In this document: positions 47,268 to 54,622 of the stretch, piece by piece | Numbering within the stretch: position 1 is the stretch's first letter | Layout of the letters: every line of letters starts with the position of its first letter | Origin: Verrucomicrobiota bacterium | Lineage (GTDB): Bacteria; Verrucomicrobiota; Verrucomicrobiia; Limisphaerales; CANJSG01 | Length of the DNA stretch: 64,000 nt | Direction of reading: 5' to 3' | Assembly (NCBI GenBank): GCA_038209745.1 | Contig: JBBQXJ010000003.1 | Location: forward strand, 38,171 to 102,170 | Position numbers and translations under genes: made by a program | Notes under the pieces: model-generated | Databases searched by the model: none | Seen by the model: only the letters and a program-made list of their open reading frames with translations | What the model was told of the DNA's origin: nothing

Positions 47268-47870
47268 ATGGCCGCACAATACCTCCAAACCCTGTTCACT
47301 CCCGCGGTTCAAGCCGCGCAGGCCCGCTATTTCGGTCGCGAACAACCCGTCCCGCCGCAAACAGCCCATGATCCTTTGGGCGCCGAGGAAACGGAGTTCA
47401 TCGACCGGCGAGACAGCTTCTATCTCGCGTCCGTGTCCGAATCGGGCTGGCCCTACATCCAGCATCGCGGCGGCAAGCCGGGGTTTCTGCATGTGGTCGA
47501 TCCGTCGACGCTGGCCTTCGCCGACTATCGCGGGAACCGACAGATGCTCTCGACCGGCAACGTCTCCGCCAACAGCCGCGTCGCGCTGTTTCTCATGGAC
47601 TACCCACGCCGCGAACGTCTCAAGGTTCTGGGCCACGCCCGAGTGGAAGATGCGCGGGAGCACCCGGAGCTGGTGGCGCGATTCGCGGAGCCCGATGTCC
47701 AGCGCATCACCGAGCGGATCTACTTCGTCGACGTGCTGTCGTTCGACTGGAACTGCCCGCAATACATCACGCCACGCTACACCGAAGCCGAAGTCCGCGA
47801 AGCCCTCGCCCCGCTCCGGGCCCGCGTCTCCGAACTCGAGGCCCGGCTTGCCGCCGTCAACGCCCGATGA
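47268..47870 (+). CDS. pyridoxamine 5'-phosphate oxidase family (FMN-binding split-barrel) protein
   Basis: 200 aa from the ATG at 47268. FYLASVSESGWPYIQHRGG, GNRQMLSTGN and RLKVLG. Confidence 0.8.
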   Translation: MAAQYLQTLFTPAVQAAQARYFGREQPVPPQTAHDPLGAEETEFIDRRDSFYLASVSESGWPYIQHRGGKPGFLHVVDPSTLAFADYRGNRQMLSTGNVSANSRVALFLMDYPRRERLKVLGHARVEDAREHPELVARFAEPDVQRITERIYFVDVLSFDWNCPQYITPRYTEAEVREALAPLRARVSELEARLAAVNAR

Positions 47871-47873
47871 AAC

Positions 47874-50564
47874 TCAGGGCGTGGATTTCCGCCCCCGGGC
47901 CATCGCCTCGATGTGGCGGACGACGAGGGCGGTCCAGCCGGTCTGGTGGCTTGAGCCGAGGCCCTTGCCGGTGTCCGCGTGGAAGTATTCGTGGAAGAGC
48001 AGGAGATCCTTCCAGGCTGGATCGGTGTCGAAGCGCTTGTCGCCGCCGAAGCAGGGCCGGTTGCCGTTCTCGTCCGGCAGGAAGAGTCCGACCAGCCGCT
48101 TCTCGAGCTCACGCGCGGCGGCTTTGAGGCTCACCCTGTTGCCCGAGCCGGTGGGCAGCTCCACCTGGATCTCGTCGCCGTAGAACCGGTGGTAGCGCTC
48201 CAGCGCCTCGATCAGAAGGTAGGTGGTGGGGAACCAGATGGGGCCGCGCCAGTTGGAGTTGCCGCCGAAGAGCCAGGTGTTGGATTCGCCGGGCGCGTAG
48301 TCTACCCGGTGCTGTTCGCCGCCGATCTCGAAGACGAAGGGGTTCTTTTCATGGTAGCGGGAGAGGGAGCGCACGCCGTAGGGGGAGAGGAACTCGGACT
48401 CGTCGAAGAGATACTTCAGGACCGACTCAAGCCGTTCCTTGGTGGGGATGGAGAGGAGCAGGCCGGTGCCCTTCTTCGCGCCGCAGCTGCTGAAACGGCC
48501 GAGGTCGGAACGGTAGCGATGGAACCATTGGAAGCGCTTGTAGAAGCCGGGCAGCGTCTTGATCCGCTCTTCGTCGAAAACCTCCACGGCGATGAGGGGC
48601 AGCAGGCCGACCAGGGAACGGGTGCGCAGGGGAATGGTGTTCCCGTCCATCACGAGCTGGTCGTAGTAGAACCCGTCCTGCTCGTCCCAGAGACCGGTGC
48701 CGCCCGCCTGGTTGATCGCGTCGGCGATCTGCACGAAGTGCTCGAGGAACTTGGACGCCATGTCCTCGTAGGCGCGGTTGACCTTGCCGTCTTCCCCGTG
48801 GGCCAGCTCGATGGCCATCGCGAGCATGGTGGCGCAGTAGAAGGCCATCCACGCGGTGCCGTCCGCCTGGAGCAGCGAGCCGCCCATGGGCAGGGGCTTG
48901 GAGCGGTCGAAGACGCCGATGTTGTCCAGGCCGAGGAAGCCGCCGGCGAAGAGGTTCTTGCCGCTGGCGTCCTTGCGGTTGACCCACCAGGTGAAGTTCA
49001 GCAGCAGCTTCTGGAAGACGCGCTCCAGGAACTCGCGGTCGCGCTGGCCGGCGGCGTCGGCGATCTTGTAGACGCGCCAAGCGGCCCAGGCGTGGACCGG
49101 TGGATTCACGTCGCCAAAGGCGAACTCGTAGGCGGGGAGCTGGCCGTTCGGGTGCATATACCACTCGCGCAACATGAGGAGCAGCTGCTCCTTGGCGAAA
49201 TGGGGATCCATCCTTGCGAACGGGATCATGTGGAACGCGGTGTCCCACGCGGCGAACCAGGGGTACTCCCACTTGTCGGGCATCGAGATGATGTCGCGGC
49301 TGAAGAGGTGGCGCCACTCGCTGTTGCGACCATGCTTCCGGCCTTCCGGGGGCTCGGGCATGGAAGGGTCGCCGTTGAGCCAGTCCTCGATGATGATGTG
49401 GTAGAACTGCTTGGTCCAACAGAGCCCGGCATAGGCCTGCCGCACGACGCGGCGCTCGTCGTCGGTCATCGGACCGGTCTCCAGCGAATCGTAGTAGGCG
49501 TCCGCGTCGCTGCGGCACTGGTCCACGATGGCGTCGAACTTATGGGCGACGAGGCCGGGGTCGGCCTCGCCCTTGCCGAAGAGGCGGACGCGGACGACGA
49601 CCTCTTCGCCCGGCGCGAGCTCGAATTCGTAGTGGGGCGCGGCCTTGGTGCCGATCTCCTTGGGGTTCACGGCCCCGGTCTTGCGGTGGATGACGGCGTC
49701 GTGGAACGCGTCCTTGACCCAGCGCCAGGGGTTGGGCGTGCCGTAGAGGCGCTCGAAGTTCGTCTCGTTGTCCGTGACGTAGAGAGGGGGCTGGACGCCT
49801 CCGGGCAGGGGCGAATACTCGAACCAGAAAGGCTCGAGCGTCTCGTGGGTCAAGGAGAGCCGGCCGGGGATGTGGCGGGCGATGCGGGGCTTCAACGTGC
49901 CGGCCTCGTGCTGCGTGCCCCAGACCCAGGTGTTGCGGAACCAGACGGTCGGCAGCACGTGGATGGGCGCGGCTTTGGGCCCGCGGTTGGTGATCTTGAT
50001 CCGGATCAGGACGTCGTTCGGGGACGCCTTGGCGAACTCCGTCTGCACGTCGAAGAAGCGGTTGCCCTTGAAGATGCCGGTGTCCGCGAGCTCGAACTCG
50101 GGTTCGTCACGGGTCCGGCCCCGGTTTTCCTCCACCAGCCGCGCATAGGGGAACTCCGCCTGCGGGTAGCGGTAGAGCGCCTTCATGTAGGAGTGCGTGG
50201 GCGTGGAGTCGAGGTAGAAGTATTCCTCCTTCACGTCCTCGCCGTGGTTGCCCTCGGGACCGGACAGGCCGAAGAGGCGCTCCTTGAGGATCGGGTCCTT
50301 GCCGTTCCACAGGGCGACGGCGAAGCAGAGACGGCATTCGCGGTCGGACAACCCCATCAGCCCGTCCTCGCCCCAGCGATACGCGCGGCTGCGGGCGTGT
50401 TCGTGGGGAAAGTAATCCCAGCAGGTGCCATCGCCGGAATAGTCCTCGCGGACGGTGCCCCACTGGCGCTCGGAGAGATACGGACCCCAGCGCTTCCAGT
50501 TGCGGCGGCGGAGGGCGTCTTCGGTCAGGCGGAGGGCTTCGGCTGTGATGGGCTTTTTTGGCAT
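47874..50564 (-). CDS. GH63-like glucosidase (MGH1-like glycoside hydrolase)
   Basis: 896 aa from the ATG at 50562-50564. WKRWGPYLSERQWGTVREDYS, RAYRWGEDGL, AVALWNGKDPILKERLFG and a C-terminal (alpha/alpha)6-like region WFAAWDTAFH...FGGNSNWRGPIWFP. Confidence 0.9.
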   Translation of the reverse strand: MPKKPITAEALRLTEDALRRRNWKRWGPYLSERQWGTVREDYSGDGTCWDYFPHEHARSRAYRWGEDGLMGLSDRECRLCFAVALWNGKDPILKERLFGLSGPEGNHGEDVKEEYFYLDSTPTHSYMKALYRYPQAEFPYARLVEENRGRTRDEPEFELADTGIFKGNRFFDVQTEFAKASPNDVLIRIKITNRGPKAAPIHVLPTVWFRNTWVWGTQHEAGTLKPRIARHIPGRLSLTHETLEPFWFEYSPLPGGVQPPLYVTDNETNFERLYGTPNPWRWVKDAFHDAVIHRKTGAVNPKEIGTKAAPHYEFELAPGEEVVVRVRLFGKGEADPGLVAHKFDAIVDQCRSDADAYYDSLETGPMTDDERRVVRQAYAGLCWTKQFYHIIIEDWLNGDPSMPEPPEGRKHGRNSEWRHLFSRDIISMPDKWEYPWFAAWDTAFHMIPFARMDPHFAKEQLLLMLREWYMHPNGQLPAYEFAFGDVNPPVHAWAAWRVYKIADAAGQRDREFLERVFQKLLLNFTWWVNRKDASGKNLFAGGFLGLDNIGVFDRSKPLPMGGSLLQADGTAWMAFYCATMLAMAIELAHGEDGKVNRAYEDMASKFLEHFVQIADAINQAGGTGLWDEQDGFYYDQLVMDGNTIPLRTRSLVGLLPLIAVEVFDEERIKTLPGFYKRFQWFHRYRSDLGRFSSCGAKKGTGLLLSIPTKERLESVLKYLFDESEFLSPYGVRSLSRYHEKNPFVFEIGGEQHRVDYAPGESNTWLFGGNSNWRGPIWFPTTYLLIEALERYHRFYGDEIQVELPTGSGNRVSLKAAARELEKRLVGLFLPDENGNRPCFGGDKRFDTDPAWKDLLLFHEYFHADTGKGLGSSHQTGWTALVVRHIEAMARGRKSTP

Positions 50565-50835
50565 GTCTGAAGGGGCTGGGCGGACTCGGAGCGGGCACCG
50601 GATTGGGGCTTGAATGCGATGCGCGTGATTGAAACGGCAAGGCTTCCCGGGCTTCAAGGATTGGACATCACTTTATTGTCGGAAGAAACAGGCCGGTCCC
50701 TGACCGAGCCGCTGAGAAAAGACCGCCTCCCGCCGCGGTTAAGGGTTGAGCGCTGGGCCTGTTCAACTCCCTCCGCCCGTGGACATCCTTTTGGAACGCT
50801 CCAGCAACGAGACGGATTGGTTCTCGGCCATTGCG

Positions 50836-51048
50836 CTAGAGTTCGTCTTCCCGCTCCGCGTAGAAGAGCTGCCACGCTCGATCATAATCGGCCTCCGGGA
50901 CGAGGACATGGGCGCGGCGGGCGAGATCCCCTTCATCGTCGGGCAGGGACGGATCCTCCCATTCCTGGCGTCCGATGATCCCGTGCTTCTCCAGCATCAT
51001 CAGCAGCATCTCCGTGTTGATCACGGGGCCGGTGTAGAAGGGTTTCAC
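50836..51048 (-). CDS. small DUF2007-like protein
   Basis: 70 aa from the GTG at 51046-51048 (or 57 aa from the ATG at 51007-51009). EMLLMMLEKHGI...VLVPEADYDRAWQL resembles the putative signal-transducing DUF2007 fold. Confidence 0.45.
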   Translation of the reverse strand: MKPFYTGPVINTEMLLMMLEKHGIIGRQEWEDPSLPDDEGDLARRAHVLVPEADYDRAWQLFYAEREDEL

Positions 51049-51104
51049 GGCGCGATCATGCTGCGGGTTGCTCGTCGGACAAGCCCGGAGGGTCGATCCG
51101 GGGA

Positions 51105-51929
51105 TCAGGCCCGGGGGCGGCGGACCACAAGGGCAAAGCCGGTCAATCCAGTGAGGACAAGGGCCCAGGACCCGGGTTCGGGCACCGCGATGATGCTGTC
51201 GAGACCCGCGCTGGGGCCCGCCGTCGACGGACCGCTTTCGCTCAGCCAGACGGTGTTCCACCGCTTGGGGTTGGACCCGTCCATGCCCGACTGGTTGAGG
51301 CTCAATCCGATATTCTGCAGGCCGGCGACTTGGAAAAAGGAGGATGCCGAAGCGCTCTTGATGAAGACACTGGCCGAACCCTGGCCGGAATTGGCCGAGA
51401 GGTTGAGCGTCATTCGCACGGTTCCCCAGGTGGCGGTGTCGAAGGCGTATGCGGCCGAAGTGCCCGAGCCGCCGTTGACCGAGAGCTGGAGGGTCACATT
51501 GCCCGAGCCGCTGTCGCTCGTCCGCAATCCCAGCCCCCACTGGGAAAGAGGATCCGCGTTCACGTCCAAGTGTCCGGTGGAGTTGTCCCAGCCGAGACCG
51601 GCCGTCACTCCAGGACTGTTCCCGACATAGAAATTATACTGGAGGACCACGGTCTCGGATCCGGTCAAGCCGCCGAACTGGCCGACCGCCCACGCTGTCG
51701 CCGTCGATGCCACCGTGCCGTAGCCGGCATACTGGCTGCCGTTCAGTCCACCAGAAGAGACCTGGATGCCGCCCGGGTTCGCGCTCCAGACCGATTGGCC
51801 GTTCAGATCCGAACCGGCGGTGTAGCCCGAGTCGAAGTCGAACGTGACGGCCCGTGCCGGGAGCGCGGCGAGCAAGCCCGTGGTGACCATCCCGGCGATC
51901 TTGGCAGCGGCTTTGGACGACATAGACAT
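51105..51929 (-). CDS. PEP-CTERM sorting-domain secreted protein
   Basis: 274 aa with a signal peptide. C-terminal VPEPGSWALVLTGLTGFALVVRRPRA. Confidence 0.85.
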   Translation of the reverse strand: MSMSSKAAAKIAGMVTTGLLAALPARAVTFDFDSGYTAGSDLNGQSVWSANPGGIQVSSGGLNGSQYAGYGTVASTATAWAVGQFGGLTGSETVVLQYNFYVGNSPGVTAGLGWDNSTGHLDVNADPLSQWGLGLRTSDSGSGNVTLQLSVNGGSGTSAAYAFDTATWGTVRMTLNLSANSGQGSASVFIKSASASSFFQVAGLQNIGLSLNQSGMDGSNPKRWNTVWLSESGPSTAGPSAGLDSIIAVPEPGSWALVLTGLTGFALVVRRPRA

Positions 51930-52001
51930 TGCCGGCTCATCGGCGCTCTCCAGTGCGACCTTTAGTCGTCCGGATCAAAATCCGGGCAACCTCCGTCGGA
52001 A

Positions 52002-52928
52002 TCACTTCGCGACGGCCGCCTTGCGGATCTCGGCGATGAGCTCGCCCGGGGTCCATTTGTTCTCGGGGATGATCGCCTGCACGCGGCCGGCGGCGTCGAT
52101 GACCACGGTGCGCAGGTTGTGTCTGATGGTGTTGTCGACCCGCCAGAACGTGAGGCCCACGCGGTCGCCCAGCGCCGTGATGTCCCGGAGCGAGCCGGTG
52201 AGCAGGCTCCAATGGGCGGGATTGTTCCTGTGGCGAAGTCCGTAGGCCTCCAGCACCGCCGGAGTGTCGGTCCCGGGATCCATCGTCACGGACCAGAGCG
52301 ACCAGTTCTTCGGCGCCGCCGGATCTTTCAGCAGGGCCGCCTGCACCGCTTCAAAATTGTCGGACATCCGCGGGCAGAACGTGGGGAAGGGACAGCTGGT
52401 GAAGATGAACGTGATGGCGACGGCCCGACCCTTCAGGGCGGCCAGGTTCACGGTCTGGCCGAGCTGGTTCGTCAGCACACAGTCCGGCACCAGGTCGCCC
52501 ACCCGGAGCTCCTCCGAGGCGTGGACCGTGCGGACGCCCGCCTTCTCCTCCTGCGTCGGCTCTTCCCCCACCTTCTTGACCTTCTCGATCCAGCCGTCGT
52601 TCCCGGTGTCCACCAGGTTGAAGGTGACGACGTCGCGCGGCTTGAGCCCGGCCAACCCGTTCGTCGGGCGGACGGTGAAGGGCATGGTCATGGCCTGCAT
52701 GTAGCCGGGGATCTCCTCGTGCCGGATGCGGGCTTCGGTTCGATCTTCGGCGATCTCGACGATGACGCCCTTGACCTGGAATTCCTTGCGGCCGGCCGTC
52801 GTGGATTCCGGCGTCTTCTCCGAGGAACTGCAACCGGCCAAGCCCAGCCAGCCGGCGGAGAGGAGCGCGATCAATCTCAGGGACAGGCCGGATCCGGCCA
52901 CGGACAGCATCGAGGACACAATTCGCAT
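52002..52928 (-). CDS. lipoprotein fusing a CusF-like Cu(I)-binding domain to an SCO1/SenC thioredoxin-like domain
   Basis: ATG at 52926-52928 and lipobox LGLAGC. RIRHEEIPGYMQAMTMPFTV is CusF-like. FIFTSCPFPTFCP is the SCO CxxxC motif. Confidence 0.85.
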   Translation of the reverse strand: MRIVSSMLSVAGSGLSLRLIALLSAGWLGLAGCSSSEKTPESTTAGRKEFQVKGVIVEIAEDRTEARIRHEEIPGYMQAMTMPFTVRPTNGLAGLKPRDVVTFNLVDTGNDGWIEKVKKVGEEPTQEEKAGVRTVHASEELRVGDLVPDCVLTNQLGQTVNLAALKGRAVAITFIFTSCPFPTFCPRMSDNFEAVQAALLKDPAAPKNWSLWSVTMDPGTDTPAVLEAYGLRHRNNPAHWSLLTGSLRDITALGDRVGLTFWRVDNTIRHNLRTVVIDAAGRVQAIIPENKWTPGELIAEIRKAAVAK

Positions 52929-53009
52929 GGCCGTAAAAATGGGCCGCAACCGCGTGGGCCGCAAGCCGGTGGACTTGCTTCCGTCTTCCCGCTCGGGTTA
53001 CCTGCACCC

Positions 53010-53441
53010 ATGCCCGCCGCGTCGCGCCCCAGCCAGAGCGCCGAGGACTACCTCGAACGAATCCACGAGCTCATCGAGGAGAAGGGCTATGCCCGCGTGG
53101 TCGACATCGCGTCGTCGCTCAACGTCCGCCAGGCCTCCGTCACCAGCATGGTCCAGAAGCTCGACGAGATGGGCTACCTCAACTACGTGAAATATCGTGG
53201 TCTCGTCCTCACCGACAGCGGCCGCGACGTGGCGACGATGATCCAGCAGCGGCACGAAACCCTTTCCCGGTTCTTCTCCCTCTTCGGCATCGATCCCGAG
53301 ACGCAGCGCCGCGACATCGAGGGCATCGAGCACCACCTCAGTCCCGAGACGGTCGAGGTGCTTTCGGACCTGGCCGGCTTCTTCGAAAAGAATCTCCCGG
53401 TTCTGCAGAAGTTCCGCAAATCCCGTCCCGATTCCCGATGA
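53010..53441 (+). CDS. DtxR/MntR family metal-dependent transcriptional regulator
   Basis: 143 aa. SAEDYLERIHELIEEKGYARVVDIASSLNVRQASVTSMVQKLDEMGYL, plus the metal-site region HETLSRFF...IEHHLS. Confidence 0.88.
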   Translation: MPAASRPSQSAEDYLERIHELIEEKGYARVVDIASSLNVRQASVTSMVQKLDEMGYLNYVKYRGLVLTDSGRDVATMIQQRHETLSRFFSLFGIDPETQRRDIEGIEHHLSPETVEVLSDLAGFFEKNLPVLQKFRKSRPDSR

Positions 53442-53821
53442 GCGCCGCCCTGCCGCCCGACTGGAACACCCTTCTGCGATTGGCCCGGGCCGAAGTGAAG
53501 CGCACCCAGGCCGAGCTGCCCGAAGCCCTGCGTGATCCCGCCGCCTCCCTGCCCGTGGTCTACGAGACCATCCCATCGGCCGACCTCGCCGAGGACGGCA
53601 TCGAAGCCGACACCCTTGGTCTCTTCAGCGGCGATCCGCTCCATGAGGCGGGCCAGTCGCCCCTCCCGGCCCACGTCACCCTGTTCCTGGAGAACATCTG
53701 GGACTTCGCCGGCCACGATTTGGAGATCTTCCGCGACGAGGTGCGCATCACCTACGTCCACGAACTCGGCCACTATCTCGGACTGGACGAGGACGATCTG
53801 GACGAGCGGGGCCTGCTCTGA
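53438..53821 (+). CDS. zincin-like metallopeptidase family protein (DUF1025-like)
   Basis: 127 aa with ATGA overlap to the regulator gene. ITYVHELGHYLGLDEDDL contains HExxH. Confidence 0.8.
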   Translation: MSAALPPDWNTLLRLARAEVKRTQAELPEALRDPAASLPVVYETIPSADLAEDGIEADTLGLFSGDPLHEAGQSPLPAHVTLFLENIWDFAGHDLEIFRDEVRITYVHELGHYLGLDEDDLDERGLL

Positions 53822-54069
53822 GTTGGAACGATGCCGGGAGGATGGGGGAGCGCTCCTCGCCGGGCGCAATGGACCGCGCCCTCTCGGTCCACTGGAGGTG
53901 CAGGAAACGATTCAACGCCGGGTGGGTCCCGATGCGGTCGTGTCCGGCGCGGAGCCCGCCCGTCGGCATCCGGGATGGCTGCGATTCCCTTTTATTTCCG
54001 CTGCTTCGTTCCGGCTGAGTTGGGAAGAAATCCCACTTCTGGGGCGTCGCCAACGGGGCCGACCCGTTT

Positions 54070-54354
54070 GTGATCGACCAGATCCGGAACCAGTTTCTCT
54101 TCGCCGCCGGTCCGGAAGCGAACGAGCTCTTCAACAACGACGCCCAGGGCATCCTGAGCGGCAAGACGTCCGTGGACGACATTCGCTCCCGGGCCCAGCG
54201 CGCAGCCAACGAGATGCGCAAGCTCCAGAGGGAACTTGGCGGCGAGAGCGATCCGGTCGATGGCTATCTGTCCATACTGGACCATTTCCTGTCGAAGACC
54301 GGGTCCCTGGCGCCCACGACGAAAGCGTCAGCGCGCGTGTTGAAGAGCCGGTGA
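54070..54354 (+). CDS. hypothetical protein (possibly a gene remnant)
   Basis: 94 aa from a GTG start with strong GC3 coding bias. ELFNNDAQGILSGKTSVDDIRSRAQRAANE recalls the C-terminus of solute-binding proteins. An in-frame stop lies at 54016-54018. Confidence 0.35.
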   Translation: MIDQIRNQFLFAAGPEANELFNNDAQGILSGKTSVDDIRSRAQRAANEMRKLQRELGGESDPVDGYLSILDHFLSKTGSLAPTTKASARVLKSR

Positions 54355-54622
54355 TCTGACGGGCCATGGTTTTCGGCCGACGCGTTGTTCAAAACGCTCT
54401 GTTTAAGTCGGCCGGAGGGAGTGCTTTTTTTCCACCGCTTGTCCCCGCAAACGGGGATAGCGCGGGCTTGGTCTGGTTCTCCAAGATCAGACCGTACCCA
54501 AACAGGGTCGTGCGGCGGGCGCTCTGCATTGTTCCGGACAGATCCGGGGAGCGACCCTCGAGGCAGTCCGGCTTGCCCGTCGAGGGCAGGATGGGTTGCC
54601 CAGCTAAGGATCCAATCAATCA

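Noticed and set aside
47979-50570. 863-aa ORF antisense to the GH63-like gene
   Set aside because: It is a shadow ORF. The minus-strand product shows clear glycosidase motifs throughout.
52941-52964. GGGCCGCAA direct repeat as a DtxR/MntR operator
   Set aside because: Known DtxR/MntR boxes are AT-rich palindromes, whereas this is a GC-rich direct repeat. It is kept only as a note inside the metal-module finding.
54442-54457. TCCCCG-caaa-CGGGGA hairpin as a terminator
   Set aside because: The T-run precedes rather than follows the hairpin on the plus strand. On the minus strand the hairpin is followed by an A-run.
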